DNA of 64,000 nt. Origin: a virus. Under the pieces are notes generated by a model. The model had not been told where the DNA came from. It saw only the letters and a list, made by a program, of their open reading frames with translations, and did not search any database. The DNA lies in the IMG/VR virus record IMGVR_UViG_3300032240_000412, positions 1 to 64,000 of that record. One strand, given 5' to 3'. A program made the position numbers and the translations under genes. Positions 51,901-59,220 of this stretch are shown one piece after another; position 1 is the stretch's first letter; the number at the start of each line of letters is the position of its first letter.

Positions 51901-52780
51901 TAAATATCCTCCTTATGTTAGTCTCTACACAGATAACACCTGTACTACATTCTCTCAGTGTGCAGACGAATTTGTTGAGATATCTTTGTATCCAAATGCT
52001 GGAAGCTATCTAGTTGACAGCATCAGTAATACTGGTATCACTTTGTTGAACGCCAGCATTAACCAACAGCTAGTTGGTACCAGTCAGACTGATGGTCCTG
52101 GATATTTCTTAAAATTAGTCTACAATATTCCAGCACCGTATCTAGATCAAGAAGATACTTATATTGATGGTGCTAAGTTCACCGATGGAGAACCAGAAGT
52201 AACAGACGTTATTCTAGATGGTGGCAAGTTTTACGATACCTATAGCAGTCATGCACCAGAAGAACTAATTCCGGGAGTCACATACGACTCGTTGGTGATG
52301 AAGGTGTTTACACAAACGCAAAACGAAATTCGTTTAACAACCGGTATTGTGATTCCGGCTGGTACATTGCTGGGCTATGTACAAACAATTGACCATGCTG
52401 GAAACTTTAAGTTTACTAGAATTCGACAATCTAACACTACAACACTAGCGCAAGATTTAAATGCGTTAGATACCAGTATGGTTGTGACTGATGCCACTGT
52501 GTTGCCAAATCCGGATACAGTATCAGGTAGACCGGGCATAGTATGTGTCAATGGCGAAATTATCAAGTATTTGGAATTAGACAGAGAAACCAATACAATA
52601 TCACGTTTAATTCGTGGTGCTAACAAAACAGGCTGGCAAACAACTGTTACAGCTGGTACAGTAATTACTGATATTGGTGATAATAGACTACTGTTAGATG
52701 ATAAAAATCTATTTTGGTCAGCTTTCCAATTGCAGTCTGATCCGGATCCCAGTTATGATCCAGGAACAGCACACATATGA
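39971..52780 (+). CDS. Giant baseplate wedge/structural protein (gp7 position) with FG-GAP propeller and CBM5/12-like modules
   Basis: 4269 aa directly after gp6; FG.AVA...VGAP repeats; WQVGRDYRKGELVEYKNNYY-type modules. Confidence 0.7.
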   Translation: MAAVKTINFLPEIFRSNANTKFLNATLDQLVSEPSLDKINGYVGRQFSPTYKTSDNYIIEPSARRQVYQLEPTVVVNDPNGTPQFLGTYIDLLQKLEYYGAYTGNQDRLFAQENYSFNPLIDFDKFINFSQYYWLPYGPNLVSVSAAPETVLGGGTVTATDLMYSRTEKGFTVSYNNSSSQENPTLYLERGITYTFNPMTTGTEFWIQTEPGLSGTKKTQPGVSTRDVLGVNNNGATNQAITFTVPLATAQDQYVKMAVAQPLPGKNVTFACELAFSQIHNQLLSQINLIGGISGNTTTNKNNIDGKFLVFLPVNATTQVYSPDGLFDYDPEGYDGFKFDGGRAVPPGVLSAYQVFDPWAIPGAFDKYRFGEDNIGFDEGLRPDVQPGDGAAVDPQQRYGIWRISATPTSDGLDTLIQLSYAGDINFNNKVYITSGLYSGFEFYKDSSGLLSKVPAITAPLDTFYYQDGMSEMLAGQIKIIDPLSISLDVEEKILGQTAYTSPNGIEFTNGMLIQFDSTVTPAKYTNGLFYVEGVGTGIVLSNYNDLATPDSGVLTASASYDASAFDVTGYDAAAGTGGALDYITINRSSIDGNAWSRSNRWFHIDVIKKTAEYNKTVPLLDQVKRANRPIIEFNPHVQLFNHGRQFKSPVQILTTTVTDAFNQIENKPIGTELDGTPLDAGLRIIFANNVDKIYRNKIFVIKQKEIAGLKTIHLVQDSDSEILEGHQVLVTAGANIGMAFYYNGTDWIESQKKYGVNQAPLFDMFDQDGNSFADANIYYGSTFTGTKIFSYGVGSGTVDYNLGFPLKYRNFNQIGDIVFDNNYDIDSFTYLVQNVTVPVKINSGYAKINNGLDKFVYSNNWYTNTYPSRQYQVITNFYTDTRYFEVDINPMSATMMMGGGHTKVFVNNKYIGANFTETNVKRIKTIVINDNVTLSPGDKIDILIHSLDVSKMGYYQIPDNLDYNAQNQNFSELTLGQMRNHISTKATNALTIVGPVPGPSNLRDIDIRGSSGSILQHSSSMLYQSLFVTNNDTNLFNSLEYAEKEYNKFKNKFLELSVKNNYDTTNAGKTVDAILTEINKVKNASYPWYYSDMVPYGDNFKVARPTYTIYDNGITEIEISSIFNNYVSSNKALLVYYTSQAVSGKAAFQAGSNVIAVDITSLSNYSQLAIPTYTQRAYIGTVISGDGIPPGTTIIGVDVNTFTIILSNPVTTTGVFKITTTPTTRLLVLGNDYIFNQTRPTIVLDPKFYSLIGDMIDVVEYTSTDGNYIPETPTKLGLYPKFTPGIFLDETYQTPVKVIQGHDGSLTPAFGDFRDELLLELETRIYNNIKLPYRSDLFNISELTPGKFRATDYTLKEYNQVLTRSFLRWVGEQQIDFTSNNTFDGGNPWTWNYSKTTDSINGERLPGFWRGIFKYFYDTDRPHTHPWEMFGFSEQPAWWLYRYGEAPYTGKNSQLWEDVETGFIADPANPRYDIKFARPGIYKSIHKSINFLPVDEFGILRPPSGFISADTTGFNAGGSFAIGDCGPVEAAWRRSSSYPYAVQRTMALLKPAAYFGKLINVNKYSNNNPVGQFLLTNTNQRIKSTDVAINGETVNGTISRTAGYINYISDYLKSRGIDPYNNTGVGVSLRNYLDNITIQLGYKVGGFTDKKLLKTLAEHSSPSSTNTSIIIPDDNYKIILNKSTPIKKFVYSAVIVQISETGYTVSGYNSKFPYFTIIPSITNGNAYTITQLNESGIIYRDYQNLKLTVPYGYEFKTRQQVVDFLVSYGRYLTSQGINFDDFDPELQQRPDFVLSANEFLAWSQQGWKKDNLIVLSPINNTLSLITRDSVVDAIDNSLNGSRLLDQQFGVIRTSDLSVVRDDTNFSVTSINKTPICLAELDLVQYEHVLLFDNTTVFNDVIYSPALGNRQSRLRLVGSKTADWTGKLAPPGFIYSSDKFQTWQVGRDYRKGELVEYKNNYYVALDDVTATDRFKATEWKSLDKAQIKSGLLPNFATNAQQFESFYDADERPVSSSLNKFGSGLVGFRARNYLSDLNIDEGTQLKFYQGLLKQKGTKNSIDALTTATFSNMQGALDLYEEWAIRVGEFGALDTNQYFEVNITPDVSQKLVWLNNDPNQIQKDTVIVTNETLNKKSNLYQPTFSKNRDRSTYYQDDIATAGFVNLADIDDTIFNLQNYKNLDSVLSKMGSGYKIWTAKDFSGNWNVYRVSETNNYVSSLSYALDNLMEFETVAPHGLTVGEVIAVKNLDTAFNGVYRVSHVTDLTHFNVLTTTEQAKQLSQSAINGNGTLLKMESMRFSNLNDIKDYIPMNGWKAKDKIWVENATSTGEWGVFNKTTSFLYNTSIAKRRSDYIPQGNENFGYAVALNSDNSLMFVGEPGNASGTVRVYSRSKSGDYAYATVLLPSIHDFTYSATLTPSLAESEKYGAAVALGHLVGVVGIPAASRGGIPGIGAVEIYQQVAANVLALKQTIVPPNYRGDTNYVEFGWSVAVSQDDRWIYVGAPGDNAVHCYGLQYAEAKTDTLDVNPNQSVYTLPFTPANPDSITIISSRRALVINNDYTLSGNRITFLVTTYTDTLVIIQNSYFAYVDSLKLDDNNYQYSPTDRFGHVVKCNADGTKILVTAPGRNVFKSTGDGLRPGQIENSDTAVGAGQVFTFDRSVEKFVANGKTNAFTPRYAIPTIYSVKKNGVTQQAGLQNDYYIGNGTVFFLKTPDSGDVIEIDTNNFNLIDAISAPEITPYAEFGSSADITKTGDRIVVGAPYYSEGAYRSGLAHTYYDRTKVNVINGMVPNPVSLVDSSLKINGAFVNFPIGADASRMTTLINQARIPGVVAALVNRAITVNDYTVTSNHVKTSPSAQLVGTFANFIQITSVSALEVLPDTGDAMTWIGLQSHQFENTLLKPYTSQEQEFFGTAVAIAEETNQILVSSEGATNYFVGKYDTGFTVDQGSTTFFDSIKNSGSVYSYDYLENYNTYSGDYVFGQQLIPTDLMPNVEFGKSVVANKGMIIVGAPNDSTNVVNGGILHKFINLDNTSSWQKIRSEESIVDVSNIVKLFTYKNSTQKIQSYLDYIDPISGKILGVAEQDLDFKTVFDPASYNITTRTDVSNNAEYYWTTNYVGKLWWNLDLIKYIDYRQGELLYRAQNWARPFPGSTIQINEWVQSDVLPSKWVSSGKDGIPLHADDSAYVQDVYVDRTTGVITTKYYFWVSNRTTVATGSNKINSASAVQSLIESPRTQGINYAAFLRNDAFKLFGLENTTDTDIILHVDYSIQNTENLIHTEYNLVQEGNPLSAIPPKIYSKMVDSITGFDEAGRVVPDPTLLASDKIGTSIRPRQTLIKDNIAATENFIRYINSVFIKNPIVERFDIGQFLSEEPVPMAPITDDRGLLVGEWHKQVAVYEDLSYLDLATIPYSGNQIRVLVTTVTAQDNLWAIYSYDSDTASWNLYRIQAYKTPLTWEYADWYDSTYNPTVQPTHVVATYKDVKTIKVSVNDTIKVNNDGKGKFVIYRVNSDYRLDLVGYENATIQLGSLFYDIATAKTGFDGANFDTLRFDHNTSVELRNIMKGIQDNIFVGYLANEFSNLFFVLVNYILSEQNSVDWIFKTSFISVVHKLRKLAQYPSYISDNQTYYEDYINEVKPYRTKIREYLLNYSGTDVVPNDITDYDPLVKYNFNTGHFYKPELPTGVAEAAKFSIAELQIAKAGTGYSSEPVITISAPGGLGKQAKARVVIDYVTGKIIDTIIIDAGSGYTTTPVVTVDGNGSGAILYAQLGNSPVRSMLTHIKFDRISYNSPVKRWPGTGETTTYHNGDIVSAEGTAYQAYSTVTVSNKVFNPSLFTKVDASTFTNANDRITSYYYSSLGQPDLDLKRLVSGVDYPGNYITGLKFLENKGEIEVNLSVRSDSVSGSRNFEWWAGNATITNVSFTADGTQAPNLPTKTYGSGDLTLVATPNLGYRNQVVWAPLTGYLKDQVVRFEGKYYTARPKYPPYVSLYTDNTCTTFSQCADEFVEISLYPNAGSYLVDSISNTGITLLNASINQQLVGTSQTDGPGYFLKLVYNIPAPYLDQEDTYIDGAKFTDGEPEVTDVILDGGKFYDTYSSHAPEELIPGVTYDSLVMKVFTQTQNEIRLTTGIVIPAGTLLGYVQTIDHAGNFKFTRIRQSNTTTLAQDLNALDTSMVVTDATVLPNPDTVSGRPGIVCVNGEIIKYLELDRETNTISRLIRGANKTGWQTTVTAGTVITDIGDNRLLLDDKNLFWSAFQLQSDPDPSYDPGTAHI

Positions 52781-52800
52781 TCCTGAGGGGGTAAATTCGT

Positions 52801-52808
52801 GATAAATA
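52801..52808 (+). promoter_or_regulatory. Late promoter (GATAAATA)
   Basis: Suggests the true start of the next gene is the ATG at 52841. Confidence 0.55.
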
Positions 52809-52840
52809 ACCATATAGATAATAAAGAGCTCGAACCCGAA

Positions 52841-53515
52841 ATGACCAACGAAAATACACCTATAAAAAAGAAACCAGACGAAATGCCTGGTATCTATGTA
52901 CGTGGACACATTAAAATATTTGACCCAGAAAACGGCGAAGTATTTGTTGATAAAACTAATGCGATCCACTACGAAAACATTTCAGAAGCTATTGCCCAAA
53001 CTTTGTCAAATAAAGGTACAAACTTTATCGCTGAAATGGTATTTGGCAACGGTGGAACCAACGTTGACCCTACAGGGGTTATTAACTATTTGCCGTCAAA
53101 TACGTCAACACAGAACGCTGACTTGTACAGTCCAGTATTTTTTAAAAACGTAGACGACACTAGTACATTAAACGTTGACCCAGCAAGAAATAAAATGACA
53201 ATTAATCACACTCCTGGTCAGCTATACTCTGACATTGTTGTTAGTTGTCTGTTGGACTACGGTGAACCAAACGTAAATAGCCCTGGTAACCTTTTGGGCG
53301 TTAATCAGTCTGCATTTGACAGCAGTGTTTACAATAACGGCGGCTTTGTATTTGACGAGTTGGGACTCAAAGGATTTAGCGCCGCAGGACAAGGTATGGG
53401 CAAATTGCTAACCCATGTGGTTTTTCACCCGGTGCAAAAATCACTAAATCGACTAATTCAAATTGATTATACTGTAAGAATTCAAACACTAACTAACCTT
53501 AGTGCAATAGGATAA
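52841..53515 (+). CDS. Baseplate/fibre-attachment structural protein
   Basis: GHIKIFD...NAIH, FGNGG, FDELGL and HPVQKSLNR motifs. Start moved from the track's GTG at 52799. Confidence 0.65.
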   Translation: MTNENTPIKKKPDEMPGIYVRGHIKIFDPENGEVFVDKTNAIHYENISEAIAQTLSNKGTNFIAEMVFGNGGTNVDPTGVINYLPSNTSTQNADLYSPVFFKNVDDTSTLNVDPARNKMTINHTPGQLYSDIVVSCLLDYGEPNVNSPGNLLGVNQSAFDSSVYNNGGFVFDELGLKGFSAAGQGMGKLLTHVVFHPVQKSLNRLIQIDYTVRIQTLTNLSAIG

Positions 53516-53519
53516 TAAA

Positions 53520-55478
53520 ATGGCCGTAGTAATTAATAAAACAAACGGTACCCAGCTAACATCAGTTCCTGATGGTACAGTAAACGGCCCTGGCCTAACC
53601 CAGACCAGCTCAAGTTTATTCTTGTTGGGCAGAAACTATACCAATTATGGTGAGTTAGTAAATGAAAACTTTGTTAGGTTACTAGAAAATTTTGCATCAG
53701 ATAACCCACCTGTTGTTCCCACAGCATTACTGACAGGTCAACTTTGGTACGATACTGCTAACTCACAACTAAAACTGTATGGAGGCAATGGGTGGAAAAC
53801 TATTGGTACAGTACAGACTGGTGGCACACAGCCAACATTGCCAGTTCCACAAGATGGAGACATGTGGTATGATACTGTAAATGCACAGTTAAAGATCTAC
53901 GGTCTATTAGCACAAACATCTTCTGGAGTCAAAGGATGGAAAACAGTTGGGCCAGCTTATACATACAGTCAGAGTCAAACTGGGTCTTTTGCAGAAAACA
54001 TTCAAGATACCAATGGTACAGATAGAACCTGTATTGTTTTCAGAGTTAATAATACTCCAATCAGCGTTTTTAGTAAACAAGCATTTACAATATACAATGC
54101 AGTTAGACCTCAATATCCGGGTATTGGTCCTGGTATTGTTCCGGGACTTAATTTTGTACATAACAACACTATTCCAGGATTTACACTAGCGGCTGACGGA
54201 CTTGATGCAGTTTCAATTGGCGGAGTAAGTCTAAACAATTTATTACGCAAAGACCAAAGCGGTACAGTCAACGGCAGTTTGACACTTAATAACAATAACG
54301 GATTGATTATTGGAACTGTTGGTAATGTACAGTTGTCAACTGATGTTCCGGGCGCATTTAATATAAGTAATTCTAACCCCGGTACTTCAATAAATTTGAA
54401 AACAACAGGTACAACAGGGTCCACGATTACGTTACTTGAAGCTTCCGGTCTTACAACCACAGTCAATATCAACGGAAGTTTAAATGTAGCAGGCAATATC
54501 AGTGGCGGCGGCGCAGGTGGTGCTGGACTAGCAGTCGAGTCAGTTAATACTAGTATGGTCAAAGCATTAAATGGACAAACAACAATCATTGATGCAACCG
54601 ACAATAACGATGTAATGTTATACGGTACCTTTGTTGGTAATGTAGTTGGAAACTTGACTAGTGCATTGGCAACTATCAGTGGCAATGTTGAAATTGGCGG
54701 ATTGACCACAATAGCTGGCATGTTATATGCCACGGGCGGTGCTGAAATCAACGGTGGCGTGTTTAATAGCGGTAGATTCGAAGACCCAATCATGCACCAC
54801 GCTAACATAAATGCGTCAACGTTAAACAGTCCAACACTAACAGGGACACCAGTTGCACCGACTCAGGATGTGGGAAATAACAGTACAGCAATAGCAACAA
54901 CGGCATTTGTAAAGACATTTGCACAAAACTTATTACCAACTGGTGCTATTATTATGTGGTCTGGTAGCGTAAGCAGTATTCCAGGCGGTTGGTTGCTGTG
55001 TGACGGCTCTCAAGGAACCCCAAATTTGGTTGATAGATTTGTAATTGGTGCTGGTGGTCTTGGTAAAACTCAACCAGCCTCTACCGGTGGATCAAAAGGC
55101 ATTTCTACAAATACTGGTGCCGCCGGTGCACACTCGCATAATATCACATTAAACCCACATGCTTTAACTGTTGACGAATTACCACCACATACTCATAATG
55201 TGGACCAGCTGTTTGGACAGCTTGATGACGTGGGCGGCGGCGCGGCAATTGATCGTAACGGAGCCAGTTTCCAGTATTATAACAGCTATGGAAACGACGG
55301 TGATAACGATACTGGTGGTCAATTGTATTTTTATACCCGTACTTTGTCCCAAGGTGCTGGACAAGCACACTCGCACACTGGACAAGCAAGCTATGCGCCA
55401 GATCACAGTCATGCACTAAACATAACAGATTCTAGGCCACCGTTTTATGCTTTGTGCTTTATTATGAAGTCAAATTAA
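53520..55478 (+). CDS. Tail fibre with collar domain and HxH tip
   Basis: PTGAIIMWSG...PGGWLLCDG...PNLVDRF collar motif; four HxH motifs; RPPFYALCFIMK C-terminus. Confidence 0.85.
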   Translation: MAVVINKTNGTQLTSVPDGTVNGPGLTQTSSSLFLLGRNYTNYGELVNENFVRLLENFASDNPPVVPTALLTGQLWYDTANSQLKLYGGNGWKTIGTVQTGGTQPTLPVPQDGDMWYDTVNAQLKIYGLLAQTSSGVKGWKTVGPAYTYSQSQTGSFAENIQDTNGTDRTCIVFRVNNTPISVFSKQAFTIYNAVRPQYPGIGPGIVPGLNFVHNNTIPGFTLAADGLDAVSIGGVSLNNLLRKDQSGTVNGSLTLNNNNGLIIGTVGNVQLSTDVPGAFNISNSNPGTSINLKTTGTTGSTITLLEASGLTTTVNINGSLNVAGNISGGGAGGAGLAVESVNTSMVKALNGQTTIIDATDNNDVMLYGTFVGNVVGNLTSALATISGNVEIGGLTTIAGMLYATGGAEINGGVFNSGRFEDPIMHHANINASTLNSPTLTGTPVAPTQDVGNNSTAIATTAFVKTFAQNLLPTGAIIMWSGSVSSIPGGWLLCDGSQGTPNLVDRFVIGAGGLGKTQPASTGGSKGISTNTGAAGAHSHNITLNPHALTVDELPPHTHNVDQLFGQLDDVGGGAAIDRNGASFQYYNSYGNDGDNDTGGQLYFYTRTLSQGAGQAHSHTGQASYAPDHSHALNITDSRPPFYALCFIMKSN

Positions 55479-55511
55479 AGGTGTATAAGGATATAACTAG
55501 TTTTAAACTAT

Positions 55512-55519
55512 GATAAATA
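55512..55519 (+). promoter_or_regulatory. Late promoter (GATAAATA)
   Basis: Intergenic, followed by a GGAG RBS. Confidence 0.6.
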
Positions 55520-55540
55520 AAACATAATGGAGTCAAGAGA

Positions 55541-57061
55541 ATGGCATATAATTTAGTCACAACAGCCGGAACAGCACTAGCTACTATTGCTGACGGTACC
55601 ACAAATACAACCAGCACAAGTATCACCTTAATTGGTAAAAACTTTGCGGGCTACGGTGCATTTTTAAACGAAAACTTCGTTAAATTGCTAGAGAATTTTT
55701 CTAACAGTTCTGCACCAGCCAATCCAATCGAGGGTCAACTTTGGTGGAACAATGCTACTAAAATTTTACAAGTACGCTCTGGTTCAGGAACTGGCGGTAT
55801 TTGGAAAACAGTTTCAAGTAGCTCAACTGGTCCAACAACAAATCCTCCAGCAAATCCGGTTGTAGGCGATTTGTGGTGGGATACTACCCTAAGTCAATTG
55901 AAAGTTTACCCAGGCGGCGTTGGCTCCACATGGGTTACAGTAGGCCCAGCATTTAGCGTTGCAACAGGACAGTCCGGTGCATTGGCTGAAACTATTACAG
56001 ATAGCCAGTCTAGTCCAGTAGATCATACTGTGATTAAGTTTTATATTGCTAACACCCTAGTAGGTATCTTTAGCAAGGACTTGACATTTACTCCAAACCC
56101 TTCAATTCCAGGCTTCAGCACAATTAAGCCAGGTTTGAACTTGTCATCAGCAAACAGCCCAAGTTTAAATTACTGGGGCGATGCCAATAACGCATTGAAC
56201 TTAGGCGGTATTTCTGCATCCAACTACCTACGTGCAGATACCAGCGGCACATTAAACGGTACACTAACAATTAGTCAAAACACAGCATTGGTTGCTGGTG
56301 CATCTGGCCAGATCACACTAGGTGTTGCGGCAGGCGCAGTACAATTTGTTAACACAGCAACTGGTACAAACACCGAAATGTATACTACAGTAAGCGGTGT
56401 CAAAACCAAAGTATTGACATTATCTGGTGCAGATGGTTCAGTGAGCGTTGCGGCCGATCCAACAACCAACTTGGGCGTTGCTACAAAAGCCTATGTTGAT
56501 AACCAATTGAGTGGTTCTATTACTTCTGTTGTTTTACGTCGTGATGGCACCAACAGCGTAACCGGTGACATGTTGCCAGACACAAACAACACACGTTCGT
56601 TCGGTTCTGTGAGCTTGAAATATAAATCAGTATACGCAACAACATTCTACGGAACAGCCGTTACAGCACAATACGCTGACTTGGCAGAACGATTTGAAGC
56701 CGACTCAGTTTACCAACCTGGTACAGTGGTTGAATTGGGTGGCGTAAAAGAAATTACACAAGCCGCAGATGATTTGTCTGAGAATGTATATGGCGTCATA
56801 AGTACTAATGCGGCCTTCTTAATGAACGGCGGCGCAGGCAACGATAAGACACACCCACCAGTAGCAGTCCAAGGTCGTGTACCAGTTCGAGTAATTGGTA
56901 AAATTAAAAAGGGCGATCGTTTGGTAAGTGCCGGTAACGGCATGGCACGTGCGGCGGCCAAGTCAGAAATTACTCCATGGAACGTGATTGGACGAGCTTT
57001 AGCAAGTAAAAATGATTCTGGCATTGGCGAAGTTGAAGCTATCGTTAAGCTAAATTCTTAA
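55541..57061 (+). CDS. Tail fibre with C-terminal autocleaving chaperone (peptidase G2/IMC-like) domain
   Basis: N-terminus paralogous to the 53520 gene; YADLAERF...GRVPVRVIG.IKKGDRLVS...IGRAL. Confidence 0.75.
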   Translation: MAYNLVTTAGTALATIADGTTNTTSTSITLIGKNFAGYGAFLNENFVKLLENFSNSSAPANPIEGQLWWNNATKILQVRSGSGTGGIWKTVSSSSTGPTTNPPANPVVGDLWWDTTLSQLKVYPGGVGSTWVTVGPAFSVATGQSGALAETITDSQSSPVDHTVIKFYIANTLVGIFSKDLTFTPNPSIPGFSTIKPGLNLSSANSPSLNYWGDANNALNLGGISASNYLRADTSGTLNGTLTISQNTALVAGASGQITLGVAAGAVQFVNTATGTNTEMYTTVSGVKTKVLTLSGADGSVSVAADPTTNLGVATKAYVDNQLSGSITSVVLRRDGTNSVTGDMLPDTNNTRSFGSVSLKYKSVYATTFYGTAVTAQYADLAERFEADSVYQPGTVVELGGVKEITQAADDLSENVYGVISTNAAFLMNGGAGNDKTHPPVAVQGRVPVRVIGKIKKGDRLVSAGNGMARAAAKSEITPWNVIGRALASKNDSGIGEVEAIVKLNS

Positions 57062-57078
57062 TATTGGATTAACAAAAT

Positions 57079-58071
57079 ATGACATACGCACAAAGCTCAG
57101 TAATTGTAGGAACAGACTATAACACTTTTGTACAAGGTGGTGATACAGTTAATCACAACGTTGCAAACATTAACAGTGTTTGGGGTGTTGGCAACGGTAA
57201 CAAAGGTTATGGTCAAAGTACTACACTAGCATCAGTTGCTAGCACAAATACTATTACTGCTACACAGTGGTCAAATTTGATCGCTCGTTTAAACAGTATT
57301 TTAACACACCAAGCCGGTTCTGGATCAGGCATTAGTGCTCCTACTTCTGGTACAACTATTGCATATCTAAGTGCGTTGTCTGGCAGTATCACGACCGGTT
57401 ACAACAATCGTTTAACAGCGGCAACAAACGGTACAGATATTACAAACACCACACTAACAACAGCATGGAATACAGCTACTCCAACTACATTTACAGTTAC
57501 TCGTACTGCGACATTTGCATCAGCTGATGCCGCACGTTATTTCTTTAATGCTGGTGGCAAATTAATCATCAACTTGAGCGGAACAGATAACCTAAGCAAC
57601 AGCAAGGGCACTGACTGGGTCAGCTTGTTGGGTACAAAGTTTGCTAGCTTGACATTTGGTGCAACCACAAACGGACGCAACGGTAGCGGTGGTACAGTAA
57701 GTTCAAGTAATACATCATTGGGCTACTGGAATTTAACCACAAGCGATCAAGCTATTTTAACTCTGACATCTGCGTCAGGAACCGCTGACTACAGTAGCAA
57801 CAACATTGTAGTCAACGTTAAATCAAACGGTGTTCAAGGTTCTAACGGTGACGTTGGTAGCGTTATCACTTTCACTATCACCTTAAACGATCCAGCCGCT
57901 GATACTAACACAGCACCTCCTGGGATTCCAGCTTACACACCAGCTGGTACAGCACCATCACAAGGTAACTTTAACGATGCAATTAACTTAACTGTTAGCT
58001 CTTCGATCACAGTTCGCCCACCTGAATCAACCAACATAACAAACACCTGGGGTACAGTTACTCAAGGTTAA
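57079..58071 (+). CDS. Virion structural (fibre-associated) protein
   Basis: T/S/N/G-rich; WGVGNGNKGYGQ, ITATQW and ARYFFNAGG motifs. Confidence 0.65.
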   Translation: MTYAQSSVIVGTDYNTFVQGGDTVNHNVANINSVWGVGNGNKGYGQSTTLASVASTNTITATQWSNLIARLNSILTHQAGSGSGISAPTSGTTIAYLSALSGSITTGYNNRLTAATNGTDITNTTLTTAWNTATPTTFTVTRTATFASADAARYFFNAGGKLIINLSGTDNLSNSKGTDWVSLLGTKFASLTFGATTNGRNGSGGTVSSSNTSLGYWNLTTSDQAILTLTSASGTADYSSNNIVVNVKSNGVQGSNGDVGSVITFTITLNDPAADTNTAPPGIPAYTPAGTAPSQGNFNDAINLTVSSSITVRPPESTNITNTWGTVTQG

Positions 58072-58077
58072 TATTTC

Positions 58078-58106
58078 TTGACATTTGGCAGTAGAGCATA
58101 TATAAT
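58078..58106 (+). promoter_or_regulatory. Perfect consensus sigma70 promoter
   Basis: TTGACA-17 nt-TATAAT; predicted +1 coincides with the ATG at 58113. Confidence 0.85.
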
Positions 58107-58112
58107 GTTTAT

Positions 58113-58427
58113 ATGTCTACTGCCAATCAACTTGTCGAGCAAATAAAACTCTCAACCGATTTCCAACTAAACAAAAAACGGTTAAAGGAAAAGATCCTAA
58201 CCGATTTGCACATTCCGTACAATAACGGATTGTTCTTGGTTGATCGATCACTTATAGCCTTCCTTAATTCTTGGGAAGATGAAATAATTTATATTGAAGA
58301 TGTATATCAAAATCCTGTTCAGGTTAATAGGATTGAATTGTTGACATTGGCCAAACAGCATTATCAACTAGTTATGAATCAATGGCATCAAGAATATGAC
58401 CAACTTCGTCGAGTTAGAAAAATCTAA
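58113..58427 (+). CDS. Hypothetical protein, first gene of the GT cluster
   Basis: 104 aa; YNNGLF...D.Y.NP pattern. Confidence 0.7.
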   Translation: MSTANQLVEQIKLSTDFQLNKKRLKEKILTDLHIPYNNGLFLVDRSLIAFLNSWEDEIIYIEDVYQNPVQVNRIELLTLAKQHYQLVMNQWHQEYDQLRRVRKI

Positions 58428-59220
58428 AGGTGTATTGTATTTTGTATTTGATACTAAAGAATTTAAGTATTCTGAGATTGCCAAAACAAATGTACAATTA
58501 ATTAACCATTTTTTAAAACTGCCTGTTACTGTGGTAACGGACAGCGAAACACCAATTGATTTTGCAGTCGATCGAGTGATACGACTAGATACAAGCAACG
58601 AAGTCATAAACACCAGATACTCCAGTACACACAGGACAAGAACACAGTGGCGCAATGGATTTAGACATCAAAGCTATCAGCTGAGTCCTTATACTGAAAC
58701 ATACGTAATTGATGTTGACTACGTGGTGCTCAATGACAACTTGCTAAAACTTCCTGTACAGGACTATTGCCTTTACAAGAGTAATGTTTACTTAAACAAT
58801 AGTGATGCTCATGAAACAATGGGTATATACAGTTTACCATTTCTTTGGGCCACTGTGTTATTTTTTAAAAAATGTCCTAGAACAGAGTTGATGTTTGGGT
58901 TAGTAGAACGCATACAGAGTAACTATAATTATTATCGTGCCCTGTACAACATACCAGACCCAGCATTTAGAAATGACTATGCATTTGCCATAGCCGATAA
59001 CATAGTTGAAGGCTACGCCGATAGCGTAAAGCATATACCTTGGTCGTTGACCACAGTAGATAACACCGTCAGTTCTATAGAAGTTAAAGGCAGTAAAGTT
59101 TATGTCAAGCAACACAACACAGCCCATGTGTTGCCAATGATGGATCTACATATATTAGACAAAGTGTATTTGCAGTCAACTCAGCACAAAGATTTTGTAA
59201 CATCTATTTTAAATGCGTAA
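58396..59220 (+). CDS. GT-A fold glycosyltransferase-like protein
   Basis: YQLSPYTETYVIDVD (DxD motif) and FRNDYAF. Confidence 0.7.
   Translation: MTNFVELEKSKGVLYFVFDTKEFKYSEIAKTNVQLINHFLKLPVTVVTDSETPIDFAVDRVIRLDTSNEVINTRYSSTHRTRTQWRNGFRHQSYQLSPYTETYVIDVDYVVLNDNLLKLPVQDYCLYKSNVYLNNSDAHETMGIYSLPFLWATVLFFKKCPRTELMFGLVERIQSNYNYYRALYNIPDPAFRNDYAFAIADNIVEGYADSVKHIPWSLTTVDNTVSSIEVKGSKVYVKQHNTAHVLPMMDLHILDKVYLQSTQHKDFVTSILNA

Noticed and set aside
53520-58071. Diversity-generating retroelement or invertible fibre cassette
   Set aside because: No RT or invertase, and no near-identical template/variable repeats or inverted crossover sites noticed.
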